Part shown: in pieces, positions 1 through 9,803 of the stretch
How the letters are laid out: the number at the start of each line of letters is the position of its first letter
Position numbering within the stretch: the stretch's first letter is position 1
Virus record (IMG/VR): IMGVR_UViG_3300030330_005655
Location: 31,490-95,489 of that record
Direction: 5' to 3' (one strand)
DNA length: 64,000 nucleotides
DNA from: a virus
Taxonomy: Duplodnaviria > Caudoviricetes
Position numbers and translations under genes: made by a program
Notes under the pieces: generated by a model
What the model saw: only the letters and a program-made list of their open reading frames with translations
The model's database searches: none
Told to the model about the DNA's origin: nothing

Positions 1-788
1 ATCGCGAACTACCTTGGGACTATGATTCAAAGTATAAACACATAAAAGAAGATATATGTAATATAGATCATTTGCCAAACTGCGATATAATTGTAAACTT
101 TGCGGCAGAATCCCATGTGGACAACTCTATAGAATCTCCAAAAGTTTTTCTTAAATCCAATACGGATGGTGTTTTTAATATATTGAATTTGCTTAGAGCA
201 AAAGTTTATGAAAAGCCATTGTTTGTTCATATAAGCACAGACGAGGTTTACGGAGACGTAAACGAGGGAGAAAAGACAGAAGGAAGTATTCTTAATCCAA
301 GCAATCCATACTCCGCTACAAAAGCGGCGGCAGAAATGCTTATAAACGCATACGCAAGAACTTTTCAAATAGATTATCAGATTGTAAGAAGCACCAACAA
401 CTATGGACCAAGGCAGTATCCAGAAAAACTAATACCTAGAATTATTCATTCAATAGACACTGGGCAAAAAATACCCATACACGGAGACGGATCATATGTG
501 AGAGATTGGCTTTATGTGAAAGATAATGCTAGGGCTATTTATAAAATATGCAGTCACAACGAAAGAAATCAAACATGGAATGTTTCTGCTTATAATTACA
601 TGACCAACCTAGATGTTGTGAGAAACATATGCTCATGGAAAGGAATTGAAAACTGGATGGATCATGTAAACTTTGTTGAAAACAGAATGGGTCAAGACTA
701 CAGATATTCTATCTCTTCGCAGAAATTAAGAAATGAATTAAACTGGACACCAGAACAAAATAAACTATTTAACTTTATAGGAGAATAA
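1..788 (+). CDS. rmlB: dTDP-glucose 4,6-dehydratase (RmlB-like), 5'-truncated by window edge
   Basis: Frame is open from nt 3. Motifs NFAAESHVDNSI, HISTDEVYG, YSATKAAA (YxxxK), NNYGPRQYPEKLIP and GDGSYVRDWLYV. Confidence 0.9.
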   Translation, partial: RELPWDYDSKYKHIKEDICNIDHLPNCDIIVNFAAESHVDNSIESPKVFLKSNTDGVFNILNLLRAKVYEKPLFVHISTDEVYGDVNEGEKTEGSILNPSNPYSATKAAAEMLINAYARTFQIDYQIVRSTNNYGPRQYPEKLIPRIIHSIDTGQKIPIHGDGSYVRDWLYVKDNARAIYKICSHNERNQTWNVSAYNYMTNLDVVRNICSWKGIENWMDHVNFVENRMGQDYRYSISSQKLRNELNWTPEQNKLFNFIGE

Positions 789-789
789 G

Positions 790-1353
790 ATGGTAGATCA
801 AAAGATACTGGATTTTTGGACAGAGGAAATTGGACACCTTAGCGAAGGTCAAGCACAATTCATCATTGAAAAGCTGAAAAATTTTAAAACAGATTATGTT
901 TTGGAAATTGGCTTTGCGGGAGGTCGCCACACCTACGCTATTCTGGAGTCATTTAAGCCAAAGCAAATGGTTACTGTTGACATTGACTTTGACTATCAGG
1001 ATGGTAGACATAAAATAGAAGAAATTAAAAAAGAGTTTGATACCTGCACGTTTATAGAAGAAAACTCTGCATCATGCTTGAATCCTGAATTTTTTAATAA
1101 ATATTTTCCTGACGGGGTTGATTATGTTTTAGTCGATGGTGGTCATCAATACAACGATGCGATGCGTGATATGATGAACTGTTTTTCTTTCGTCAACGAA
1201 GGCGGCATCATGATAGTGGACGATTATGAAAGCAAGGTTTGTCCTCTTAAAAGTGTAGACATGGCGGTAAGAGATTTCTCTGAGCAGTCAGGAAATACCT
1301 TTGAGACCATAAGTCTAGAAGACGGTAAGGGTATGGCGGTGTTCGTAAAATGA
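790..1353 (+). CDS. Class I SAM-dependent methyltransferase (Methyltransf_24-like)
   Basis: VLEIGFAGG SAM motif; DYVLVDGGH..Y and GGIMIVDDY are typical of this family. Confidence 0.8.
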   Translation: MVDQKILDFWTEEIGHLSEGQAQFIIEKLKNFKTDYVLEIGFAGGRHTYAILESFKPKQMVTVDIDFDYQDGRHKIEEIKKEFDTCTFIEENSASCLNPEFFNKYFPDGVDYVLVDGGHQYNDAMRDMMNCFSFVNEGGIMIVDDYESKVCPLKSVDMAVRDFSEQSGNTFETISLEDGKGMAVFVK

Positions 1354-1961
1354 GCAACTATGCAACCGCTTGGAACAATGAGGAAATATCTGACCATATG
1401 ATGCAGACTAATTTCCCACACCTTCAAATCAGCAATCACTTTGCACCATTAAAGCTGTGTGTCGATTTTGTTGTTTTAAATTGTAAAAATGTTTTAGATA
1501 TTGGATGCGGCAAGGCTGAGTTTGCTACAGCATTTCCTAATTTTGACTATACCGGGGCCGATCTAGGGCATGTGATAGAAAACGTTTCAAAAAAAACTAG
1601 TCCACAGCTTAATTATGTAGCCTTCGATGCTCAAGAGGATAACTACGGTTTCATAAGTCAATTTGATTTAATTATTATGAATAGCTTTTTAAGCGAAATG
1701 CCCAATGGAATAGAGGTGCTTGATAAAGTTTTAGAGAATACGTCAGGATATGTTATAATACACAGACAGGAATTACACTCAACAGAAGACTACTTGACTG
1801 AATATAAGACTTATGGAGGTCTTCCTACGGTAAACTATACAATGTCTAAGACAACATTAGATCGTCTACTTAAAAAAAATGACTGCACATTACTTATAAA
1901 TGTTGAATCTTTTCCAGACGACAAAAAAAGAAGAACCTTACTGATTAAAAAAAATGACTGA
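1350..1961 (+). CDS. Class I SAM-dependent methyltransferase
   Basis: VLDIGCGKA, YTGAD, FDLII; ATGA overlap with the upstream gene. Confidence 0.8.
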   Translation: MSNYATAWNNEEISDHMMQTNFPHLQISNHFAPLKLCVDFVVLNCKNVLDIGCGKAEFATAFPNFDYTGADLGHVIENVSKKTSPQLNYVAFDAQEDNYGFISQFDLIIMNSFLSEMPNGIEVLDKVLENTSGYVIIHRQELHSTEDYLTEYKTYGGLPTVNYTMSKTTLDRLLKKNDCTLLINVESFPDDKKRRTLLIKKND

Positions 1962-2646
1962 TCAAAACATTTTAATTTTAGGTAATAAGCACTACCAAAA
2001 CATTAATCTAGACGCTATTGTAGATAGCTTTGATGTTGTTTATAGATTTAATCTTGCTCGTCCCGGCATGAATAATGGAACTAAATTTGGCAGGCTGGCA
2101 ATGTGTAGCCATGTATATCAAAACTTTGTGAGTAATCCAATTAGCAAAGAGCGTATAATAGACATATATCAAAGCGATTATACTGCTGAGTTTGTAAGTG
2201 ACTGGTACGATTTTTTTCAAGAAAACAAAGAAAAGTTCGATGCTATATTTCATCAAGATGAATACAAATGGCGCGCGTGGAACGCCATGCTTGGAGAATA
2301 TGGCAGCCCTCACAGATTTTCAAAAATGGCTACAACAGGTTACTCAACTATTTTTAAGAGTCTACAGGACGGCAACGAGAATATTTATGTTTCTGGCTTT
2401 ACTTTGTGCGAAAAAGAGATTAGGCAAACAATAGGAGAAGAATACGGTTTTGCTCTATCAAAAAACCAAGGCAGCGGCTGTCATTCATTTTCTGAAGAAA
2501 GAGATGTGTTGGCTTGGCTGCATAACAACGATAAGATTGATGCGTCTTTGTGCATGTTGAAAGACGCTGAAAATCCTACTATAGAAGAAAATAAATACGA
2601 CACAGAGCCTTCAAAGTTTATACTTGATTTGTTGGGAAAATTATGA
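1954..2646 (+). CDS. GT29 sialyltransferase-like glycosyltransferase
   Basis: L-motif-like ILGN..DSFDVVYRFN..GTK, S-motif-like ATTGY..IYVSGF, and VS-motif-like HSFSEE (Hx4E). Confidence 0.65.
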   Translation: MTDQNILILGNKHYQNINLDAIVDSFDVVYRFNLARPGMNNGTKFGRLAMCSHVYQNFVSNPISKERIIDIYQSDYTAEFVSDWYDFFQENKEKFDAIFHQDEYKWRAWNAMLGEYGSPHRFSKMATTGYSTIFKSLQDGNENIYVSGFTLCEKEIRQTIGEEYGFALSKNQGSGCHSFSEERDVLAWLHNNDKIDASLCMLKDAENPTIEENKYDTEPSKFILDLLGKL

Positions 2647-2993
2647 AAACACAAGGAAAAATTTGGGGAAAAACCAAAGAAATATTTCAAAATTCTAACT
2701 TTGAGATTCACAGAATCGAAGCAAAAAAAGGCGGATTTTGCTCTAAGCATCAGCACAAGCACAAATTTAATGCGTTTTATATAGAACGAGGAAAGCTAAA
2801 AATAACAATTTATGAGAATGATTATAATCTAGTTGACGAAACCATTATATCTACAGGCGAAATGACAATCGCTAAACCCGGAACATATCATAGATTTGAA
2901 GCTATTGAAGATACTACTTGCTATGAAATTTATTGGGTAGAGTTGAACCATAACGATATACAAAGAGAGGATGTTGGAGGGCTAAATGGCTGA
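2643..2993 (+). CDS. Cupin-domain protein (sugar isomerase-like)
   Basis: SKHQHKHK..FYIERGKL..PGTYHRF cupin motifs. Confidence 0.8.
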   Translation: MKTQGKIWGKTKEIFQNSNFEIHRIEAKKGGFCSKHQHKHKFNAFYIERGKLKITIYENDYNLVDETIISTGEMTIAKPGTYHRFEAIEDTTCYEIYWVELNHNDIQREDVGGLNG

Positions 2994-3879
2994 AATGAAA
3001 AAGGGCATGAAGGACAACATAGAAAGAAAACAACCTTCTATAAATACTGTACAGCTACACAACAATATTCCGCTGTTTAGCTTTGTTGAATTAAATATTA
3101 ATGAGATTTGTAATAGAAAATGCCCGTTCTGCCCTAGAGCCGAACCTGATAAATATCCAAATCAAAACATTCACATGGATGTAGCCTTAGCTGAAAATAT
3201 CGCTAATCAGCTTGCCGATCTCAACTTTAAAGGTATTGTCAATATTAGCGGCACTGGCGAGCCTTTGCTGACAAAGCACATAACAGATATAGTTAAGCAG
3301 TTTGGCGATAGAGGAATACACATAGAAATTGTAACCAATGGAGACATGCTAGTAAGCAAAAAGGGAAAGCAGCTAATCAAAGATTTATATTCATCGGGTC
3401 TTTGTCAATTTGTTGTTAGTATGTATGATGGGCCTGAGCAAGTAGAATCTTTTAATAATTTATTTGCTGAATGCGGAATAGATAAAAGCTCGTACTCTTT
3501 AAGAGATAGATGGTACGATGAGTCGGAAGACTATGGTCTGCTTTACACAAACAGAGCAGGAAACATAGGCTTTCAACACTTGTCCGATATAGCTAAAGAA
3601 AAATTAATGAAATCAGGAAAATCTGCTTGTTTTTATACTCATTATTCTATGATGATAGACTGGAATGGTGATGCATTGCTTTGTTGTCAAGATATGTACA
3701 ATAGAACGGTTAAGTTTGGAAATGTTAAAGACAAGTCTCTTCTGGATATATGGACAGATGCAAAGCTGATGGAGTTTAGAAACAAACTTAAAAACGGAGA
3801 AAGGTCTTTATCGCCTTGCAGTAATTGTAATGCTAATGGTCAAATCTTTGGAAGGAATCACGCAGAAAAATGGAAATAG
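2986..3879 (+). CDS. Radical SAM protein with SPASM/twitch domain
   Basis: CNRKCPFC, SGTGEPL, VTNG; C-terminal C..DWNGDALLCC..CSNC. Confidence 0.9.
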   Translation: MAEMKKGMKDNIERKQPSINTVQLHNNIPLFSFVELNINEICNRKCPFCPRAEPDKYPNQNIHMDVALAENIANQLADLNFKGIVNISGTGEPLLTKHITDIVKQFGDRGIHIEIVTNGDMLVSKKGKQLIKDLYSSGLCQFVVSMYDGPEQVESFNNLFAECGIDKSSYSLRDRWYDESEDYGLLYTNRAGNIGFQHLSDIAKEKLMKSGKSACFYTHYSMMIDWNGDALLCCQDMYNRTVKFGNVKDKSLLDIWTDAKLMEFRNKLKNGERSLSPCSNCNANGQIFGRNHAEKWK

Positions 3880-5000
3880 AAGCAGCGCATGGGTGCTATA
3901 TAACAGACCGCAGTGGTAACACATATATTGATACTACGATGGGGTCCGGTGCGCAGTTAATAGGTCATGGCAATCCATTAAGCTTGAAGATCGCAAAACA
4001 AATAGAAAAGGGTACGATATACACCATCCCAAATTCTTATACCCATGAAGTAAATAGCTATTTAAAAAAATATATCAATCCCGATCTACACGATCAATAC
4101 ATATTTTGTAGTTCGGGAACAGAAGCTAATATGAGAGCTATAAGACTTGCCCGCGCCTGTAATGGTAAAAGTCTGATCGGAAGATTTCACGGTGGATGGC
4201 ATGGTGGACTAGATGGTTTTTTAAAAGAGCATACAGACAACAAAGGTGTGCCAGAGCAAGTAGACAATTTATTTAAAGTATTACCTTATAATGATGACAA
4301 TTGTTTTGAGCAAATTACCTCTGACATGTCTGCTGTTATAATAGAGCCGGTTCAAGGTTCTAATCCCAGATCAGACATAAAAGAGTTTTTACATAAGCTA
4401 AGAGAACACTGCGCCAAGAAAAATATATTACTAATATTTGATGAAGTGATGACGGGCTTTAGACTATCCGCTAAAGGTGGTGCTGGTGTGTTTGGTGTCA
4501 TGCCAGATATAGTAACCTACGGCAAAGTTTTAGGCGGCGGGTTTCCAATCGGTGCAGTTGGAGCTAGACCAGAAATTATAAAAACAGGAAATGTGTTCTA
4601 TGGAGGTACTTTCTCAGCGAATCCTTTGAGTATGTATGCCGCTAAGTTAGTACTTGAAACGATAATTGAAAAAAGACATATCAATTATGACGATCTAGAC
4701 ACTGCTGGAAAAATATTTCGCGACGAGCTTAATAAGTTTTTCATAACTAAAAACAAGAAAATAAGAGCTATAGGATGTGGTCCAATCAATAGGATCGTAT
4801 TCACGGATAAATTCATTACCAATAGGGAAGAAAGAGATTTATACGAACCAGAAAATGCTCAAAAAATATTTTCCAAAAAACTAAAAGAATCAGGCGTGTT
4901 TGTTAACACAAATGGATTATATCACTTTTCTATGGCTCATACTCCAGAAGTTGTTAAAGAGCTTATTAATATAATTAAAAAGATATGTATTTATGATTAG
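3870..5000 (+). CDS. PLP-dependent class III aminotransferase (GSA-aminomutase-like)
   Basis: SGTEAN, GGWHG, IIEPV, LIFDEVMTGFR, TYGKVLGGGFP, GGTFSANP. Confidence 0.9.
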   Translation: MEIEAAHGCYITDRSGNTYIDTTMGSGAQLIGHGNPLSLKIAKQIEKGTIYTIPNSYTHEVNSYLKKYINPDLHDQYIFCSSGTEANMRAIRLARACNGKSLIGRFHGGWHGGLDGFLKEHTDNKGVPEQVDNLFKVLPYNDDNCFEQITSDMSAVIIEPVQGSNPRSDIKEFLHKLREHCAKKNILLIFDEVMTGFRLSAKGGAGVFGVMPDIVTYGKVLGGGFPIGAVGARPEIIKTGNVFYGGTFSANPLSMYAAKLVLETIIEKRHINYDDLDTAGKIFRDELNKFFITKNKKIRAIGCGPINRIVFTDKFITNREERDLYEPENAQKIFSKKLKESGVFVNTNGLYHFSMAHTPEVVKELINIIKKICIYD

Positions 5001-6093
5001 TGTTGAGAAAGAATCAATAGAGAAAATATTCAAACATGTAGATCTACAGGAAGATGATGTTATTTTATATCTGGGCGGCAGGATTGACGATGATAATCTA
5101 TACCCACGAAAGTATAGAAAATATCTAAGGGGTCAAATAGAAAGGTTGAATCCGTCCAAAATAATTTGCCATAATCATTGGTATGCTAAGAAGTATTATG
5201 AGAATGAAATCTTATCTAAGAATACTAAAATAGATATGGTATTATCATTTCACTGCTATTTTTCATCAGGTGAAATTCAAACAATTAATCCTGAACACTA
5301 CGATGATCATCTCAACTGGATAAAGATATTAATAGACAAAAACCCTAACATAATCTATGCGCTGTGCATAGACGACGGAATACCCTATGGAAGAAGCCGC
5401 TATGGAACTCAAGACATAGGACCATCCTCCGTGCATGTTGACGATAGCTGGTTTGGAGAAGATTACGATCTAAATAATATTAAATACTTCGATTACGATA
5501 GAAGAACATCTGCCAAGGATTTAACGGGAAAGGATCTGGGCTATGGGGGAGAGCAAATAAACGCTACTGGTGGTTTTGCCATGATTAGGAACATACTGAA
5601 TGCAGGTTTTAAGAATTTGAATATACTTGGTTTTAGCGCATTTGGGTCTGACGAAGACCAGTCTCATTTTACTCCGTATGGAGGACAATACCGCCAATAC
5701 GCAGGCGTAAAGTACTTCAATATCGCAACCTCGGAAAATCAAGAAGCAGAAGCGGATATATTAAAATACTTGGTAGAAAATGAACGCATATATAATCTAG
5801 AAGATTACGAAACACTAAAAGAATGTTTAGCTCTATCAGATTTATATTCAAGATTCATTCAAAAACATTCGCGCCAGAAACAAAATACGGAGCCACGCGC
5901 AAAGCTAAGTGTAGAGCAAAGTGAAATTAAACGAATAGCTTCTTCTGTTAGAGGCAAGGGTTCAATTGAGATAGAAAAAGATGTTAGAATTTTTAATGAA
6001 GTTCGTCGAGAATTTCGCGGAGAACATAACAAACCCAGACTTATCAAAGGTGACAAATTACATCCGGGAATTTGGAAAATAGTATATCCTTAA
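4993..6093 (+). CDS. Divergent GT29/Maf-like glycosyltransferase with a C-terminal ~60-aa domain shared with CDS 57971-58264
   Basis: ATGGFAMI..LNILGF..E resembles sialyl S/VS motifs; C-terminus DVRIFN..EFRGEH.KPRL.KG..IWKIVYP. Confidence 0.45.
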   Translation: MISVEKESIEKIFKHVDLQEDDVILYLGGRIDDDNLYPRKYRKYLRGQIERLNPSKIICHNHWYAKKYYENEILSKNTKIDMVLSFHCYFSSGEIQTINPEHYDDHLNWIKILIDKNPNIIYALCIDDGIPYGRSRYGTQDIGPSSVHVDDSWFGEDYDLNNIKYFDYDRRTSAKDLTGKDLGYGGEQINATGGFAMIRNILNAGFKNLNILGFSAFGSDEDQSHFTPYGGQYRQYAGVKYFNIATSENQEAEADILKYLVENERIYNLEDYETLKECLALSDLYSRFIQKHSRQKQNTEPRAKLSVEQSEIKRIASSVRGKGSIEIEKDVRIFNEVRREFRGEHNKPRLIKGDKLHPGIWKIVYP

Positions 6094-6147
6094 TTAAGTT
6101 AACTGGAAGCAGAAATTTATTTCAAATATTTTTTACAAAAATCAGGC

Positions 6148-7068
6148 ATGATCAATCTATTTAACATAAACAATTATATTATAAACACAAACGACCTTGG
6201 TCATATTCTTCATGGAGAAATAGTTGAAGAGCTTGAACAGGCTTTTGCAGAATATGTAGGAGCAAAGTATGCCTGCTTTGCAAACAGCGCATCTAGCTTA
6301 ATTTATCTTTCTTTAAAAAATCTTAATTCAACAGTAAAAATACCAAGCATAATACCCGTAGTTGTGCCTAATATGATACTAAACTCTGGAAACAAAATAG
6401 AGTTTTATGATGATATTGATTGGGTTGGAGATATGTATCAATTGCATCCGGGAATATGGGACTCTGCACAAAGAGTAACAAGAAATCAGTATAGCAAATT
6501 CTCAAATTCCGATAGCGATACTATGATATTCAGCTTTTATCCAACAAAACCCGTAGGCGGTTGTGACGGTGGAATGATTGTATCTAATAATCGTTATGCA
6601 ATAGACCGATTCAAAGCTATGGTTTTAAATGGAACTAATCCATCTAAAAACTCTTGGGAAAGAGAACAAATAATGATTGGGTATAAGATGCATGGAAGTT
6701 CTATACAGGCAAAAATAGCGTATGAAAATCTGAAGAAGCTAGATAAAAAAAATAGCATTTTACAAGAAATTAGACTTGCCTTTAATGAATCTTTACATTA
6801 TAATAATAAGAGCAATCATCTTTACAGAATAAGAGTAAGAGACAATTCTAAATTCGTAAAAGCGATGAAAGACGAAGGAATTCAGTGTGGCATACACTAT
6901 AAGGCTTTTCATAAGAGCGACCTTTTAAAAAATATTGTAAAATACAGAGAAATGCCAAAGTCAGAACTGGAAGAAAAGCAAACAGTAAGCATACCATTTC
7001 ATGAACAACTAACCAGCGAAGAAATACAGCGTATTATAAAAAATGTTAAAAAATTTACCAACATTTAG
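6148..7068 (+). CDS. DegT/DnrJ/EryC1/StrS sugar aminotransferase
   Basis: LEQAFAEYVGAKYA, DSAQ, FSFYPTKPVGGCDGG, SIPFH. Confidence 0.88.
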   Translation: MINLFNINNYIINTNDLGHILHGEIVEELEQAFAEYVGAKYACFANSASSLIYLSLKNLNSTVKIPSIIPVVVPNMILNSGNKIEFYDDIDWVGDMYQLHPGIWDSAQRVTRNQYSKFSNSDSDTMIFSFYPTKPVGGCDGGMIVSNNRYAIDRFKAMVLNGTNPSKNSWEREQIMIGYKMHGSSIQAKIAYENLKKLDKKNSILQEIRLAFNESLHYNNKSNHLYRIRVRDNSKFVKAMKDEGIQCGIHYKAFHKSDLLKNIVKYREMPKSELEEKQTVSIPFHEQLTSEEIQRIIKNVKKFTNI

Positions 7069-7426
7069 CGACAGCAGAGGATGCCTGACTGCTATAAATA
7101 AAGGGTTTGAGTTTGCTCCCAAAAGAATATTCTACATATATAATGTACCCAAAGGGGAAAAACGAGGCGCTCACGCCCATATAAAAAGCAAACAAATACT
7201 GGTTTGTATATCTGGCAGTGTAAAAGTTTCCCTGAATGACGGCAAATCCGTTCAGGAGTATATATTGAATAAAAACCAATCGCTATACATAGATAATATG
7301 ATTTGGGATGAGCAGACGTATCTCACCGGAGATGAAATTTTGCTTGCTATTTGCTCAGAGGAACACTCAGAAGATGATTACATAAGAGACTATGAATTAT
7401 TTTTAAAGGAAAAATTAAATGGCTAG
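7043..7426 (+). CDS. FdtA/QdtA-family dTDP-sugar 3,4-ketoisomerase (cupin)
   Basis: DSRGCL, KRIFYIYNVP..RGAHAH, DYIRDY..F. Confidence 0.88.
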   Translation: MLKNLPTFSDSRGCLTAINKGFEFAPKRIFYIYNVPKGEKRGAHAHIKSKQILVCISGSVKVSLNDGKSVQEYILNKNQSLYIDNMIWDEQTYLTGDEILLAICSEEHSEDDYIRDYELFLKEKLNG

Positions 7427-7880
7427 CATTGCTGCAATGACCGACTGTTTAAAAAACTCTCAAAAGTCGTTTTACTTGGTTAAAGAATTTAACAAAATTG
7501 CAAAAGATCCAAGCGTATCTTGCTTACTTTTCACTAGCACGACTGCGGTTCCTATAACAAAGCCACTGTTTCCTTGTTATAATATATCCTTTTACGCAGA
7601 TTATTCAGGGGTTTGTATAGGCAGTAGCTTGGCAGACCTGAGAATCATGACTGCTACAAGCAACAACGTCGATAAATATTTTTATCTTTGGGACTTTGAG
7701 TGGCTAGATAATCCAATTAGCCACAACACTACCTGCGATCTACTCAGGGAAAATGAAATAAAGATAATCGCAAGAAGCGAACCACACTCAAAACTAATAG
7801 AAAACTATTGTAATAAAAAACCGGTCGGCATTTTGGATGATTGGAATTCTGAAGAACTTAGAAAAATAGTGGGAGTTTAA
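7419..7880 (+). CDS. Hypothetical protein, possibly a GT-B N-terminal-like fragment
   Basis: Coupled ORF in the sugar cluster; KYFYLWDFEW weakly resembles WsaF-like GTs. Confidence 0.4.
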   Translation: MASIAAMTDCLKNSQKSFYLVKEFNKIAKDPSVSCLLFTSTTAVPITKPLFPCYNISFYADYSGVCIGSSLADLRIMTATSNNVDKYFYLWDFEWLDNPISHNTTCDLLRENEIKIIARSEPHSKLIENYCNKKPVGILDDWNSEELRKIVGV

Positions 7881-7881
7881 A

Positions 7882-8655
7882 ATGTCAAAGATTGATGAAG
7901 AATACGTAATAGAAAAATATAACGAAAATCAAAGCACATATTCTATTGCTAAAGATTTAAATACGTATGCCAAAAAGATAGAAAGAATTTTAAAGAAAAA
8001 CAACATACCAATCAGAAGCAAATCTGAATCTCAAAAGATAGCTATAGAAACAGGCAGAAGCAAGCACCCAACAAAGGGAAAGACAAGGACAGAACAAGAA
8101 AAGTTTAAAATTAGCGAAGGTGTATACAGCAACTGGCAAGCAAGAAGCGAAGAAGAAAGAGAAGAATTTTCTAAACAAGCAAAGAAAAGATGGGAAGAAA
8201 TACCCGCCAACAAAAAAAGAGACATGCTTGAGGCGGCAGGAAGGGCGCTGCACAAAACCTGCACAGAAGGATCTAAAGCCGAAAGATGCTTGTATGAAGC
8301 AATACAAAAGCGGGGGATAGATGTTGTTCTTCACAAAAAAGGTTTGATTCAAGGACAATTTGAAATAGATTTGTTTTTGCCAGAGTTGAAAACAGCAATA
8401 GAAATTGATGGACCTCAACACTTTTTACCTCTGTGGGGGGAAGAAAAATTAAAAGAGACAATAAAGCTAGACTCAATTAAAAACGGTTTGCTTTTGTCTT
8501 CTGGATATTGTATAATAAGAGTAAAGTATATGTTAAAAGGATTTTCTCAAAAATCATCTAGGACACTGTGGGAAATTGTTTCAAGAGAAATATCCAAAAT
8601 AGAAAAGAAATTCCCACCAAAGGACAAACGTTTTATTGAATTGGAGATTAAATGA
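7882..8655 (+). CDS. Homing-endonuclease-like protein (HTH/NUMOD3-like repeats plus DUF559/Vsr-type PD-(D/E)xK nuclease)
   Basis: KGKTRTEQEKFKIS; SKAE..; EIDLFLPELKTAIEIDGPQH..GYCIIRV. Confidence 0.7.
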   Translation: MSKIDEEYVIEKYNENQSTYSIAKDLNTYAKKIERILKKNNIPIRSKSESQKIAIETGRSKHPTKGKTRTEQEKFKISEGVYSNWQARSEEEREEFSKQAKKRWEEIPANKKRDMLEAAGRALHKTCTEGSKAERCLYEAIQKRGIDVVLHKKGLIQGQFEIDLFLPELKTAIEIDGPQHFLPLWGEEKLKETIKLDSIKNGLLLSSGYCIIRVKYMLKGFSQKSSRTLWEIVSREISKIEKKFPPKDKRFIELEIK

Positions 8656-9416
8656 TGAGTTCAAGCACTGACCTTTTTGACCAAGAAGATATTGAAAACT
8701 CACAACAGGAAACAGAGCTACAAGAAGAAACAAGCCCAGCTTACGGATCAGAGGATTGGCATGATTATGTCATGAGTAAGTTTCACAAGTCAGAAATGTA
8801 CAATGGAAACCCCCTGACCGTAGGTCTTCGCAGGGTGGCAGAAGAACTTCTTGGAGATATTATTGTCAGCAGACCAACTACAATCGTCGCCTCTGATGAT
8901 CCAAACGGACCCGGAAGAGCAACGGTTGGATTTGAGGTTGTTATCGACTGGATGAACTCTGGTCAGCTTAGAACCTATGGCGATGTAGCAGACTGCTGGC
9001 ATGGCAACACAGACGACCTATTTTGCGCCCATCCCGCTGCTACGGCTAGCACCAAGGCAGAGGGTCGATGTTTGAGAAAGGCTCTTAAAGTGCGATGTGT
9101 GGCCGCAGAAGAGATTCCAAGAAACAAGGATGTTGTTGCAATTGTTAGGCAGTCTATCAAGGTAGAGCCTAGCAATGGTGACTGGACAGAGGAAGACGAT
9201 ATTACGTCACCACAAATTCAATTTATTGATACAAAGTGTAAACAACTAAATGTAAATGTAATCAAGTTTATAAATCAGGGGGATAAAAAATACGAAGCGA
9301 TTGGGGATGTTAGGAAAATGACCGCATCTAAAATGATTAAACTTTTAAACGAATATCAAAATAAATCTAAAGAAATCCCGGACGACATAGTGGGATATAA
9401 CAACAACTGGAGGTAG
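8652..9416 (+). CDS. Rad52/Sak-like single-strand annealing protein
   Basis: GLRRVAEELLG..ATVGFEV..ATASTKAEGRCLRKAL..AAEE. Confidence 0.55.
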   Translation: MMSSSTDLFDQEDIENSQQETELQEETSPAYGSEDWHDYVMSKFHKSEMYNGNPLTVGLRRVAEELLGDIIVSRPTTIVASDDPNGPGRATVGFEVVIDWMNSGQLRTYGDVADCWHGNTDDLFCAHPAATASTKAEGRCLRKALKVRCVAAEEIPRNKDVVAIVRQSIKVEPSNGDWTEEDDITSPQIQFIDTKCKQLNVNVIKFINQGDKKYEAIGDVRKMTASKMIKLLNEYQNKSKEIPDDIVGYNNNWR

Positions 9417-9418
9417 AA

Positions 9419-9748
9419 ATGAAACTAAATTATAAACTTGGAAATCTTACTGTAGAATTTGAATGCGATACCGTAAAGGAAGTATTCAATCAGCTTGCGA
9501 TTTACCAAGAGGTTTTTGGAGAAACCAAATGTGGCAAATGCGGATCTGAGAATCTAAGATTTGTAGTTCGTGAAAACGATGGCAATGAATACTACGAGCT
9601 TAGATGCTTGGACTGTGGCGCAAGGTTATCGTTTGGCGTCATGAAAAAGGGCGGTGGACTATTCCCGAAACGCAAGGACGCAGAAGGCAACTGGCTACCA
9701 GACAATGGCTGGACGCGATGGAATAGTAAAACCAAAAAGCTTGAGTAA
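9419..9748 (+). CDS. Zinc-ribbon phage protein
   Basis: CGKC..CLDC pairs; GGAGG SD upstream. Confidence 0.65.
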   Translation: MKLNYKLGNLTVEFECDTVKEVFNQLAIYQEVFGETKCGKCGSENLRFVVRENDGNEYYELRCLDCGARLSFGVMKKGGGLFPKRKDAEGNWLPDNGWTRWNSKTKKLE

Positions 9749-9772
9749 AAGTATACGATACGATCTTAAACT

Positions 9773-9803
9773 GCGGGTAGGACTTTTTGTGCTACCCGCT
9801 TTT
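9773..9803 (+). terminator. Probable rho-independent terminator
   Basis: GCGGGTAG/CTACCCGC stem followed by TTTT, just after the stop at 9748. Confidence 0.6.

Noticed and set aside
3870-5000. Calling the aminotransferase hemL (tetrapyrrole synthesis)
   Set aside because: It lacks the HemL N-terminal segment and sits in a glycan context with no other hem genes.
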